Assembly (NCBI GenBank): GCA_963785725.1
Contig: CAWAWS010000003.1
Span: 192,001-256,000, forward strand
Direction: 5' to 3'
Length of the DNA: 64,000 nucleotides
Source: an uncultured delta proteobacterium
GTDB lineage: Bacteria; Myxococcota_A; Polyangia; Palsa-1104
Shown: piece by piece, positions 39,604 through 49,205 of the stretch
How positions within the stretch are numbered: position 1 is the first letter of the stretch
How the letters are laid out: the number at the start of each line of letters is the position of its first letter
Notes under the pieces: model-generated
Told to the model about the DNA's origin: nothing
The model's input: the letters and a program-made list of their open reading frames with translations, nothing else
Database searches by the model: none
Translations under genes and position numbers: made by a program

Positions 39604-39736
39604 TGCCGCGCCCTCCCGAGCGCCCAGCGGTTTGTGGTGGCTGCGGCCAATCCGTTACGGCGCGCGAAAAAAAGAGCGTTACGAAACTTCGGCGATCGCC
39701 ACCGTGTTTTGCACGTGGCGTTGTCAGCCATACAAA

Positions 39737-39842
39737 TTGTTCAATTGCACAATCACGCATTGAACGATCTGTTCAATCGATCGCAACTCTCTCGCCGACT
39801 GCGCCGTATACGGCCTGTTTCGCCGCTGGCGCAGCCCCTGCA
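39737..39842 (+). promoter_or_regulatory. Candidate sigma54 promoter with upstream GTTCAAT palindromes
   Basis: TGGCGCAGCCCCTGCA (39827-39842); ATTGAAC-N5-GTTCAAT (39759-39777); TTGTTCAA-TTGCACAA (39737-39752). Confidence 0.6.
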
Positions 39843-39889
39843 AAAGCGGTCGGGGCCGGCGCACAGCGCGTCGAGAGAGAGGTCCTTGA

Positions 39890-40669
39890 ATGTGCAAGAG
39901 CGCGATCGTTTCGTCGTCCGTCAACGCCGGCTCCGAGCGCGACGCCGTCGGGGCGCGCCGTCGAGCCGGACGCCAGGCGACGGCGGCGGCGCGGCTGCTC
40001 GTCGTCCGCGATCGCGCCGGCCACGACCGCGACCGGGGCGCGCAGCCTGAGGCTGAGCGGCTCGATCGCCTGGGGTGGCAGCGCCTCTTGCCCTTCTTGG
40101 CGCGCGATCAGGAGCAGTCGCGCAATCGAGCTAGCGGCAATGAATACGAGCTCGTGCGCGGCAAGCTGCTCAAGTTCTTCCGCGCCAAAGGCGCCTTGCA
40201 CGGCGAGGACTTGGCCGACGAGACGTTCGATCGGGTGGCGCGCAAGCTGGCCTCCGATCGCCTCGGCGACGTGCGCAACTCGACCGGCTACGTGCTCGGC
40301 GTGGCGCGCCTCGTCTGGCTGGAGGCGATCAAGCACGACGTGGCGCGGCGCGCGCGGCTCGACAATTGGCAAGCGACGCGCGATCGGCCTTCATTCGATC
40401 AAACGCTGCAGCGCGAGGTCGATCTGGCCGTGCTCGATCGCTGTCTCGGCGAGCTCGGCGCCGACGCGCGCGCGCTCTTGCTCGACTATTACGCGCACGA
40501 CGGCCGCGCCCGCATCGAGACGCGCGAGGCGTTGGTCGAGCGCTTCGGGCTGAACCCGGGCCGCTTGCGGACGCGCGTGCATCGGCTGCGAATTCAGCTC
40601 GAGCGACGCGTGCGCGCCGCCTTCGCCGACTTGGCGGGCGCGACCTGTCCGGCTACTGCGAGCCGTTGA
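39890..40669 (+). CDS. ECF-type sigma factor
   Basis: YELVRGKLLKFF..EDLADETFDRVARKL region 2; LDRCLGEL..LRTRVHRLR region 4; start uncertain. Confidence 0.78.
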   Translation: MCKSAIVSSSVNAGSERDAVGARRRAGRQATAAARLLVVRDRAGHDRDRGAQPEAERLDRLGWQRLLPFLARDQEQSRNRASGNEYELVRGKLLKFFRAKGALHGEDLADETFDRVARKLASDRLGDVRNSTGYVLGVARLVWLEAIKHDVARRARLDNWQATRDRPSFDQTLQREVDLAVLDRCLGELGADARALLLDYYAHDGRARIETREALVERFGLNPGRLRTRVHRLRIQLERRVRAAFADLAGATCPATASR

Positions 40670-41108
40670 CGTCAATCAGAATCGCCTCGAGCTGCGCCAG
40701 CGCTCGCGTCAACGGGGCCACACGCTGCCGCTGCGCCGCGCCGTCGACGGCGGGCAGCGCCAGCAGCTGATCGCGCTCGTAGCGCAGCCGTTCATATAGC
40801 GGGCGCAGCTCGCGCACGAACGCCGCCAGCGCCGCGTCGGCCGCGCGCGACGTGTGCTCGGCGAGCGCGCGCGGATCGTGATCGTAGGCGTCGGCGCCGG
40901 GCCACGTCGGCGCGTCGGCCATCGGATCCGACGGCTCCGCGGCGGTCGTATTCGCCGCCGGCGGGCGCGGCCGAACGTGCGTGTCCTCGTCGCCGTCATC
41001 CTCGTCGTGCGCGGACGCGCTCAGCTGATCGACGGGCAAGCGCTCGGTCTCCATCTCGGCCAAAATTCGCGCCATCAGCTCGCGCACATCGTCCTGTCCG
41101 TGAGACAT
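40653..41108 (-). CDS. Hypothetical protein, acidic with C-terminal helical hairpin
   Basis: ATG 41108, coding-like codon bias. Confidence 0.55.
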   Translation of the reverse strand: MSHGQDDVRELMARILAEMETERLPVDQLSASAHDEDDGDEDTHVRPRPPAANTTAAEPSDPMADAPTWPGADAYDHDPRALAEHTSRAADAALAAFVRELRPLYERLRYERDQLLALPAVDGAAQRQRVAPLTRALAQLEAILIDVNGSQ

Positions 41109-41181
41109 ATCCGTAATGGTCGCGGGCGCGCGTCTGTTACCGCGGCGATTCACGCGCGAAACCAAATGACGCCACGCGCGT

Positions 41182-41865
41182 ATGCAGTCCATGAAGAGCC
41201 TGATCTTGGCGCTGTTGGGGCTGTCGACGATGGCCGAGGCGAGCCCGCGGCGCGTGCAGTCGGGACCGACGCGCACGTCGCTCGTCGAGCTGTACACGTC
41301 CGAAGGCTGCTCGAGCTGCCCGCCGGCCGATGAGCTCGTCGACGCGCAAGCGGCGCGCACGCCGGCGCCTTACATTCCGCTCGCGTTCCACGTCGACTAT
41401 TGGGACGAGATCGGCTGGCCCGATCGCTTCGCCAGCGCGCGCTGGTCGGCGCGGCAGCGGGCGCGCTCGGCGTCGGTGTACACGCCCGAAGTCTTGCGCG
41501 ACGGTCGCGAGGTCGACCGCGATCAGCTGCTGGCGCCGTCCACACCGGCGCGCGCGCAGTTGGACCTCGCGCTCGACGGCGCCGACGCCACCGTGCGCGC
41601 CACCGGCGGCCGCAAGCTCTACCTCGCGCTCACCGAGTCGGGCCTGGTCGTGCACGTGGGCGCCGGCGAAAATCGCGGCCGCACGCTGCGCCACGATCAC
41701 GTCGTGCGCGAGTTGTACGGCCCCGTCGACGCCAATCGCCCGCTGCAGCAGACGATCGCGATCGCGCCCGAATGGAACAAAGCGCAGCTGGCGCTCGTCG
41801 CGTTCGTCGAGGACGAGCGCGGCGAGGTCTTGAACGCCGTGCGCTTGCCCATCGTCGCGCCGTAG
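41182..41865 (+). CDS. DUF1223 thioredoxin-fold secreted protein
   Basis: VELYTSEGCSSCPPAD, AFHVDYWD, YTP, GENRGRTLRHDHVVR. Confidence 0.92.
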   Translation: MQSMKSLILALLGLSTMAEASPRRVQSGPTRTSLVELYTSEGCSSCPPADELVDAQAARTPAPYIPLAFHVDYWDEIGWPDRFASARWSARQRARSASVYTPEVLRDGREVDRDQLLAPSTPARAQLDLALDGADATVRATGGRKLYLALTESGLVVHVGAGENRGRTLRHDHVVRELYGPVDANRPLQQTIAIAPEWNKAQLALVAFVEDERGEVLNAVRLPIVAP

Positions 41866-41938
41866 CCGCTTCATATTCTCATCATCTCTTCATCATTCAT
41901 TTTGAAGCGGCGAACGCGCTGGCGAAGTACACGAGCAG

Positions 41939-42466
41939 ATGTCGCGCTCGTCGTATGCGAAGGACGCGTGGTTCGCCGCCATGTATCGCGAGCAGTTGCC
42001 GTTCGTGCGGCGCAGCGCGCGCAAGCTCGGCGGCGCGACGATCGAGGTCGACGACGTGGCGCAAGAGGTCTTCCTCGTCGCCGCGCGCCGGCTCGACAGC
42101 TTCGACGCGCGCACGGCCCAGCTGACGACGTGGCTCTACGGCATCACGCTCAACGTCGTGCGCAGCTGGCGTCGCCGCGCGCGCTCGCGCATCAGCGAAG
42201 ACGCCGGCGCCGAGGTCGTCGAGCCCGTCGGTGAAACGCCCGATCGCACGCTCGTCATCGATGCTTGGAACATTTTACACCGCGTCTTCCGTCAAATGTC
42301 TCCGGCCAAACGCGACGCGTACATGCTCGCGGAGTTCGCCGGGCTCAGCTGCGCCGAGATCGCGGCGGTCGTCGGCGTAAAAGAGGAGACCGTGTGGTCG
42401 CGATTGCATTATGCGCGACGTGAATTTCGCGCATTGCTCGATACACACGAGCGCGCCGCCGCTTGA
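41939..42466 (+). CDS. ECF RNA polymerase sigma factor
   Basis: DDVAQEVF, TTWLYGI, EIAAVVG..TVWSRLHYAR. Confidence 0.92.
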   Translation: MSRSSYAKDAWFAAMYREQLPFVRRSARKLGGATIEVDDVAQEVFLVAARRLDSFDARTAQLTTWLYGITLNVVRSWRRRARSRISEDAGAEVVEPVGETPDRTLVIDAWNILHRVFRQMSPAKRDAYMLAEFAGLSCAEIAAVVGVKEETVWSRLHYARREFRALLDTHERAAA

Positions 42467-42469
42467 ATA

Positions 42470-42492
42470 CGAACATTAAGATTTAATATTCG
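42470..42492. promoter_or_regulatory. AT-rich palindrome upstream of phosphatase
   Basis: CGAACATTAA-GAT-TTAATATTCG, one mismatch. Confidence 0.4.
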
Positions 42493-42536
42493 CGCGTAAA
42501 TGGCCCCATTTCGCCGCTCATCGAACTAACGGCGCA

Positions 42537-44015
42537 ATGAAAAGGGCTGCTGCATTTCTCGCTTGTTTCTTCGCGTCCTCAGTCGCGCATGTGGCCGCGG
42601 CACAAAGCATTACCTATGGTCCGATCATCGGCCGCGGAATCACGCCCGACCAGATGATCGTCAAATGGGGAACCGACACGTCGACGGGCACGAGCTCGCT
42701 GTCGTTCGGTCATAAAGGCGGCGCGCTCGGCGCCACGGTCGGCACGGAGACGCAGAACGCGAGTAAGTCGTTCGATCATCAAACGGTGTTGACGGGTCTG
42801 CAGCTCGACGCCGCGTACGACTATCAGATTCAGGCCGGCACGAACACGGTCAGCCACGAGCTCACGACCTGTCCGGCGGCGGGCGGGCCGATGGATCTCG
42901 TGTTCTACGGCGATAGTCGCAATGATCTGTTGTCGACTGCGGGGCAAACCGAGCACGCCAAGGTCGTCGCACAAGTGTTGGCGCGCGCGCCCGACATGGT
43001 CTTCGAGAGCGGCGATCTCGTGTATGACGGCATGTATGCCGGTTATTTGAGCGAATTCTTTCCCGTCGTCTCCACGCTGGCAGCGACGGTGCCGTTCATG
43101 GCAGTGCCGGGAAATCACGACAACGACGATCCGCTCAGCCTCGATCTCAATGGCACGAGCGTCGTCAGCGCCAACTTCGCGCTGCTCTTTCCCAGCCCGC
43201 AACCGACGACCTCGTGGCTGCCATACACGGCGTTTACGTGCGGCAACGCGATGTTCATCGGGCTCGACTCCGAGGAATTGATCGCGAGTGGGCAAGATAC
43301 GGCGCAGCTGGCGTTCTTGAATGCGCAGCTGGCGGCGGCGAAAGCAAACGCCACGCTCGACCACGTGTTCGTCTGGTTTCACGTCTCGCCCTATTCGCCG
43401 GCGTCGGGGCTGACGGCGCACGGCGACAACGCCAACGTCATCAGCCAATGGGTGCCGCTGTTCGACGATCCGGCCAACAAAGTGACCGCGGTCTTCACCG
43501 GGCACGATCATTTGTACGGCCGCATGAGCAACGGCTCGCACGTCGTCTACATCGTCTCGGGCGGCGCGGGCGCCGCGAGCTCGAGCATCGGCGGCACCAG
43601 CGCGGCGACGACGGAGAAGGCGGTCGCCGGGTTCGGCTTCGTCGCCGTGCATGTCGCCGGCAAGAGCGTCAGCGGCACGGCTTACGACGACACGGGCGCG
43701 CCCGTCGACACGTGGTCGACGCAAAGCAGCGGCGGCTCGGCCGGCGGCGGCGGAACCGCCGGCGGCGGCGGCTCGGCCGGCGGCGGCGGAACGGCCGGCG
43801 GCGGCGGAACGGCCGGCGGCGGTGGCGGCTCAGCTGGCGGCGGCGCGGCCGGCGGCGGAATCGCCGGTGGTGGCGGCGCGGCCGGCGGTGGCGGCACGAC
43901 GAGCGGCAGCGGCTGCAGCACGAGCGGCGCACGCGCCTCGAGCGACCTGCTCGGCTTCGCGCTCGTCGGCCTCGCGCTCGCGCTTTATCGCCGCCGCAAG
44001 ACTCGACTTCGATAA
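42537..44015 (+). CDS. Purple-acid-phosphatase-like metallophosphoesterase with MYXO-CTERM tail
   Basis: Signal peptide; GDSR, GDLVY, GNHD, GHDH; AGGGG linker; GCS..hydrophobic..RRRK tail. Confidence 0.92.
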   Translation: MKRAAAFLACFFASSVAHVAAAQSITYGPIIGRGITPDQMIVKWGTDTSTGTSSLSFGHKGGALGATVGTETQNASKSFDHQTVLTGLQLDAAYDYQIQAGTNTVSHELTTCPAAGGPMDLVFYGDSRNDLLSTAGQTEHAKVVAQVLARAPDMVFESGDLVYDGMYAGYLSEFFPVVSTLAATVPFMAVPGNHDNDDPLSLDLNGTSVVSANFALLFPSPQPTTSWLPYTAFTCGNAMFIGLDSEELIASGQDTAQLAFLNAQLAAAKANATLDHVFVWFHVSPYSPASGLTAHGDNANVISQWVPLFDDPANKVTAVFTGHDHLYGRMSNGSHVVYIVSGGAGAASSSIGGTSAATTEKAVAGFGFVAVHVAGKSVSGTAYDDTGAPVDTWSTQSSGGSAGGGGTAGGGGSAGGGGTAGGGGTAGGGGGSAGGGAAGGGIAGGGGAAGGGGTTSGSGCSTSGARASSDLLGFALVGLALALYRRRKTRLR

Positions 44016-44240
44016 GCCGTCGCGCGTCGCCTCGAGCACGCGCGCCCTCCTTCCGCCACGACGCGCCTGCGCGCTGTCTCCTGTGCGTGACACGCCATTG
44101 GGTGCGCGCCGCCGTCGCCGCCTCGTCGGTGTAAACGGCCGCTTTGCGCTGTAACTGTGGGCTTTCATGGTGTTGGCTCGTCCCCCACGGGGCGCTGACG
44201 CAAGTATGCGACAATCCGTGGGCACTCTCGTCGCCGACGC

Positions 44241-44256
44241 TGGTCTCGGCCCTGCA
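44241..44256 (+). promoter_or_regulatory. Candidate sigma54 promoter for chitinase
   Basis: TGGTCTCGGCCCTGCA, GG-N10-GC, 58 nt before ATG. Confidence 0.45.
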
Positions 44257-44313
44257 TTATCGCGGCGCTACCGGAATGCGTCACCTTCACTGCGCGAACG
44301 AGAGGGACCCGAA

Positions 44314-45795
44314 ATGAGAGTTGTCATTGGATCGCTGATGAGCGTCATCTTCGCCACCACCCTCGGCTGTGGCGGCAACGGCACCATCGCCGGCGGCGGT
44401 GCCGGCGGCGGCGGCTCCACCAGCAACGGCGGCGGCTCGACCAGCAACGGTGGCGGCGGCGGCTCCGGCAACGGCGGCGGCTCGACCAGCAACGGCGGCG
44501 GCGGCGGCTCCAGCAACGGCGGCGGCGGCGGCACGCCGGTCGGCAACAGCGGCCCTTACGATCGCATCGGCTACTTCGCGCAGTGGGGCATTTACGGCCG
44601 CAATTTCCCGGTCAAGAGCATCGTCGACAACGCCGAGGCCGATAAGCTCACCGTCATCAATTACGCGTTCGAGAACATCGACCCCGTCAACTTCACCTGC
44701 CTCATGGCGACCAAAGCGTCGGGCACCGACGGCAACGATCCGTCGCAAGGCGACGGCGCGGGCGATCAATTCGCCGACTATACGAAGTCGTTCGACGCGA
44801 CGACGTCCGTCGATGGCGTGGCCGACGTTTATAGCGACACGCTAAAGGGAAACTTCAATCAGCTGAAGAAGCTCAAAGCGAAATATCCCAACTTGAAAGT
44901 GGTCGTGTCATTGGGCGGCTGGACGTTCTCCAAGTTCTTCTCCGACGTCGCAGCCTCGGACGCGTCGCGCAAGAAGTTCGTCGCCTCCTGCATCGACATG
45001 TACATCAACGGCAACATTCCCGTGTCCGATGGCGCCGGCGGACCGGGCACGGCGGCGGGAATCTTCGACGGCTTCGATATCGATTGGGAGTGGCCGGGCG
45101 GCGATACCGGACATCCCGGCAATCATTACAGCGCCAGTGACAAAGCCAATTATGGGCTGCTCTTGTCCGAGTTCCGCGCAGAGCTGGACGCGCTCGGTAA
45201 GCATTATGTGTTGAGCGCGTTCTTGCCGGCCGATCCGGCGAAGATCGCGGCGGGCATCGATCTGCCGACCGTGTTCAAGGCGCTCGATTACGGCGACGTG
45301 CAAGGTTACGACTTCCACGGCGATTGGGAGCCGACGCAGACCAACGACGGCGCGGCGCTCTACGATCCGGCGGGCGATCCGGCGACGGCCAAGTTCTCGG
45401 GCGACATCGCCATCAACGCCTATTTGTCGCAGGGCGTGTCGCCGAATCAGATCACGCTCGGCTTGCCGCTCTATGGCTACGGCTGGACGGGCGTCGCGGC
45501 CGGCAGCAACAACGGGCGCTTCTCGACGGCGACCGGCCTCGCGAGCGGCGTTTGGGTGCCCGGCACCAACGACTACAAGGTGCTCAAGCCGATGTTCCCG
45601 ACCGTCTATCACGACACGACGGCGATGACCGCGTGGGGCTACGACGGCACCAACTTCTGGACCTTCGATGACCCGTGGGTGTTCGGTCAAAAGGCCGCTT
45701 ACATCAAGAGCAAGCAGCTGCGCGGCGCCATGGTCTGGGAGCTCGACGGCGATGACGGCTCGCTCATCGCCGCGCTCGACGCCGGCCTGAAGTAA
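44314..45795 (+). CDS. GH18 chitinase lipoprotein
   Basis: TLGC; GYFAQWGIY, INYAF, SLGGW, DGFDIDWE catalytic motif, YDFHG, MVWE; GGSTSNGGG linker. Confidence 0.95.
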   Translation: MRVVIGSLMSVIFATTLGCGGNGTIAGGGAGGGGSTSNGGGSTSNGGGGGSGNGGGSTSNGGGGGSSNGGGGGTPVGNSGPYDRIGYFAQWGIYGRNFPVKSIVDNAEADKLTVINYAFENIDPVNFTCLMATKASGTDGNDPSQGDGAGDQFADYTKSFDATTSVDGVADVYSDTLKGNFNQLKKLKAKYPNLKVVVSLGGWTFSKFFSDVAASDASRKKFVASCIDMYINGNIPVSDGAGGPGTAAGIFDGFDIDWEWPGGDTGHPGNHYSASDKANYGLLLSEFRAELDALGKHYVLSAFLPADPAKIAAGIDLPTVFKALDYGDVQGYDFHGDWEPTQTNDGAALYDPAGDPATAKFSGDIAINAYLSQGVSPNQITLGLPLYGYGWTGVAAGSNNGRFSTATGLASGVWVPGTNDYKVLKPMFPTVYHDTTAMTAWGYDGTNFWTFDDPWVFGQKAAYIKSKQLRGAMVWELDGDDGSLIAALDAGLK

Positions 45796-45854
45796 GCGCC
45801 AGCCGCAACCGTCACAGGAGCCTCGCGCCAGTTCCGCGAATCGCCGGCCAGGCT

Positions 45855-45870
45855 TGGCCGCTCGCTTGCA
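45855..45870 (+). promoter_or_regulatory. Candidate sigma54 promoter
   Basis: TGGCCGCTCGCTTGCA, close match to TGGCAC-N5-TTGC. Confidence 0.6.
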
Positions 45871-45882
45871 AAACCATCCGGT

Positions 45883-46233
45883 GTGAAACGCATTCTAATC
45901 GTGGATGACGACGCCGAGCTGCGCGACCTCTATGCGCGCTATCTCGACGACGCCGGGTACTGCGTCTCGATCGCGCGCGACGGCGCCGAAGCGGTCGACG
46001 TGGCGACGATGGTGCAGCCGCACGCGATCGTGATGGACGTCGCCATGCCGCTCATGAGTGGCCGCGAGGCGGCGGGGCTGATTCGCAACGACATTCAGAC
46101 GGCGTCGATTCCGATCGTGGCGCTGACGGGCGAGCGGCTCGACGAGGTTGAGCGCGGCAGCTTCGACACGCTGCTGGAAAAGCCGCTGACGCCGCCGGCG
46201 CTGGCGGAGGTGCTGGCCGGGATCACCCACTGA
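45883..46233 (+). CDS. Single-domain response regulator
   Basis: ILIVDDD, VMDVAMP, ALT, EKP. Confidence 0.92.
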   Translation: MKRILIVDDDAELRDLYARYLDDAGYCVSIARDGAEAVDVATMVQPHAIVMDVAMPLMSGREAAGLIRNDIQTASIPIVALTGERLDEVERGSFDTLLEKPLTPPALAEVLAGITH

Positions 46234-46362
46234 CCGCCATCCTCCGCGCGTTATCGCTTTTGTTCCGCTAGCTTACCTACCCTCAAGTCGGGTGACCAGC
46301 GGCCGATGATCTGGGTGGGAACGTGAGATTCAGGTCGCGCGCGTGGCGAGCGACGGTTTTTC

Positions 46363-46920
46363 ATGGGAGTTGGGCGCGTGGCGAAGGTCAAAGGGACGAA
46401 CGTGCTCGGGACGGTCAAGGCGCTCAAGGCCTATCGCGAGCAGGCGACCGCCAAGCTGCCCGAGCGACTGATGCACTATCTCGACGATCGCATCCTCGTC
46501 TCGAGCTGGTATCCGGAGGTCGATCAGATCGAGATGCTGCGCGTGCTCGCTTCGCTGTTACCGCGGACGCCGAGCCCGTGGCCGCTCATGGGTCGCATGG
46601 CGGCGGCGCAGGATCTGGCCAGCGTCTATCGCAACCAAATTCGCCCCGATTCGCCGCAGCAGTCGCTCTTGGCGTCGGCGAGCCTGTGGCGCAACTATCA
46701 CGACACCGGCGAGATGGCGGCGACGGTCGACGGGCCGACGGCGGTCCTCTTGCGACTGCGCGGCTACCACGGCGCGTGCAAAGAAATGTGTGAAATCTTG
46801 TGCGGCTATTTGGGCGAGATGGCGGCGCAGGCGGGCGGGCGCGACGTCACGGCGACGAAGCTCGACTGCGTGCTCAAAGGCCAGCCCGAGTGCAGCTGGC
46901 GCATCGCCTGGAGCAAATGA
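46363..46920 (+). CDS. Myxobacterial hypothetical protein with V4R-like C-terminus
   Basis: VKGT, LVSSWYP, WRNYHDTG, CVLKGQPEC. Confidence 0.75.
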   Translation: MGVGRVAKVKGTNVLGTVKALKAYREQATAKLPERLMHYLDDRILVSSWYPEVDQIEMLRVLASLLPRTPSPWPLMGRMAAAQDLASVYRNQIRPDSPQQSLLASASLWRNYHDTGEMAATVDGPTAVLLRLRGYHGACKEMCEILCGYLGEMAAQAGGRDVTATKLDCVLKGQPECSWRIAWSK

Positions 46921-47193
46921 AGCCGCCATCGCGTCACGCAAACGGCCGATTGTAAATTCAGCGCAACATTCTCCGTTTTTGGGAACTCTCGGCGAGTCGT
47001 CTTGCATGAAGGGCGCGTGAGCTTTTCATGCTGCGCTCGTCGCTGCGCCGGCAATCGCGCCTTTTGGCGCCGCGCAAGAGCGGCCATCGCCATCGACACG
47101 CGGCTGCCGCAGTCTTGTTGCCGACAAGTCGCTTCGCACGTCGTCCAGCCCCGATATGGTGCGCGCCATTAACGGGATTCCTGGAGACTGCTC

Positions 47194-49158
47194 ATGCGAT
47201 TGCGTTCGCTCGTACCGCTCGCCTTGACGACCCTGCTCGCGCTCGCGCTCACCGGTTGTGGCGATGACACCACGTCGCCCGGCGGCACCGGTGGCAACGG
47301 CTCCTCGGCCGATCTCTCGGCGCCGGCGAGCGCCGACTTGAGCGCGCCCGCCGATCTGGCCACAGCGAGCGGCGACATGACGCAGCCGCCGGCGAGCGGC
47401 GATATGGCGCATGCGCCGGGCGCCGATATGACGCCGCCTCCGCCGCCGCCGGCCGATATGGCGTTGTTGGACCTGGCGCAGCCGCTGCCGCCCGATCTCG
47501 CGGTTCCGCCGACGCCGGTGCTGGTGACGACGGTCGATCCGGGCGTGCTGCCGATCGCGGTCACGATCAACCAAGGCACGGCCATCGGCCAAGGCGCGGG
47601 CAATGGCGCGACGCCGTCGACGCTGACGTACACGCGCGCGGACACCAAGAACGTCGAGACCATCGTGAGCGCGACCAATCCGTTCCAGTCGACGGCGACG
47701 GTGCCGGATACGGCGGCCGGCTTCTGCGACTACTCGGGCGCGACGCCCAAGCGCGTCTCGTATCAGACGGGCAATAAGTTCGAGACGGCGGCCGGCGGCG
47801 ATCCGATGGTGCCGATGGCGCCTTTCTATTTCCCGCTCGTTTATACGTCGACGGTGACGCCGACCGGCAACGCCTTTGGCGGCAAGGCGCCGATCCTCGG
47901 TCTATTCGATTGGCGCCCCAAGGATATCGACGAAGCGCTCGTGGCCGCGGAATCGGACGACAATGGCCAGACTTGGTATTTCATGCAGACGGTATTGGAG
48001 CTGAATCCCGATTATACCAACCCGATTAGCGGCGGTTATTCGGCGACAGCCACGAACGCCGCCACCGGCTGCCCGAGCGCGATTACGGGCACCAACGCCA
48101 ATACGACGTCGCCCAACGGCTCCATCGCCGACGACGGCTGGGGTCATGCGGCGATCATTCAATTGCCGGGAACGGGAAACGCGAAGACGGGACAGTTCCT
48201 CTATATGCTCGATCGCAATCCCAACAATATGCCGGGGACGAATACGCCGGTCGTCGATAACGCGCCCTTGCATGTCATCAACTTGACGGGCGCGTCGCCC
48301 AAATTCCCCATTTGGAACACCAATAGCACCGGCATCGGCGCCAATGACATCAAGTCGATCTCGAGCGCGCTCGCGAACACCACGAATACGGCGACGCCGT
48401 TCACGGTGCAGGATTCGGTCGGTCTGCTCAATCCCGACGGCATCATGGCGGTCTTTCCGACGGCGCCGACGGCGGCCCTGAATTCGCCGGTGACCATCCT
48501 CTACGTGCAGAAGATCGTCAACGGCGATACGACGATGCCGGCGGCGCAGCAGTGCAACAAGGCGCCCTTCAGCGGCAAGAACAATCACGACATCTCCAAT
48601 GTGCGCATGGCGACGACGACCGACGGCGTCAACTTCACCGACCTCGGCATCGTGCAAGGGCTCAACGATCCGACGACGGTCGACTACAACGGCACGCGCT
48701 GGGTGAGCCCGCGCGGCACGCTGCTCGACATTCACGGCGACGGTAGCGTGTGGGGCCTGTATTTCTCGGCCGGCAACTGCCTCGACGGCGACTCCGATGC
48801 CTTCCACTATATCGGCTACGCGGAGTCGACCGATAAGATGCATTGGACGGTGTTCAACGACATCAACCATCCGATCGCGTCGATCAATACGATTACGGTC
48901 AAGAATCAGGCCGGCGGACAGACGGTCACGATTCCGGCGAACGCGCCGGTCTTCCCGACGCAGCCGTGGTTCGCGCAGCGGCTGTATGCGCCGACGGCGA
49001 CGCAGATCGACGCGACGCACTTGAGCATGACGTTCGCCGGCTATGGCGTGCAGACGCCGGGCACCGATCTATTGAACTATCGGCAAATCGGCAATGTCGT
49101 GTTGACGGTCAGTCAGTCGTTGCCGGCCGGTGTTCCCAATAACATCAACGCGCACTAA
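47194..49158 (+). CDS. Lipoprotein with probable beta-propeller glycosidase-like domain
   Basis: LTGC; D-L/M-A/S/T linker repeats; AESDDNGQTW, ATTTDGVNF, AESTDKMHW Asp-box-like motifs. Confidence 0.75.
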   Translation: MRLRSLVPLALTTLLALALTGCGDDTTSPGGTGGNGSSADLSAPASADLSAPADLATASGDMTQPPASGDMAHAPGADMTPPPPPPADMALLDLAQPLPPDLAVPPTPVLVTTVDPGVLPIAVTINQGTAIGQGAGNGATPSTLTYTRADTKNVETIVSATNPFQSTATVPDTAAGFCDYSGATPKRVSYQTGNKFETAAGGDPMVPMAPFYFPLVYTSTVTPTGNAFGGKAPILGLFDWRPKDIDEALVAAESDDNGQTWYFMQTVLELNPDYTNPISGGYSATATNAATGCPSAITGTNANTTSPNGSIADDGWGHAAIIQLPGTGNAKTGQFLYMLDRNPNNMPGTNTPVVDNAPLHVINLTGASPKFPIWNTNSTGIGANDIKSISSALANTTNTATPFTVQDSVGLLNPDGIMAVFPTAPTAALNSPVTILYVQKIVNGDTTMPAAQQCNKAPFSGKNNHDISNVRMATTTDGVNFTDLGIVQGLNDPTTVDYNGTRWVSPRGTLLDIHGDGSVWGLYFSAGNCLDGDSDAFHYIGYAESTDKMHWTVFNDINHPIASINTITVKNQAGGQTVTIPANAPVFPTQPWFAQRLYAPTATQIDATHLSMTFAGYGVQTPGTDLLNYRQIGNVVLTVSQSLPAGVPNNINAH

Positions 49159-49205
49159 GCGTTCCCACGTTCGCGCGCGTTCCCGCCTGAATCAATCGGT
49201 CTCAT

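Noticed and set aside
43731..44532. GGC-rich repeats as DNA repeat elements
   Set aside because: They encode Gly-rich protein linkers in the phosphatase and chitinase
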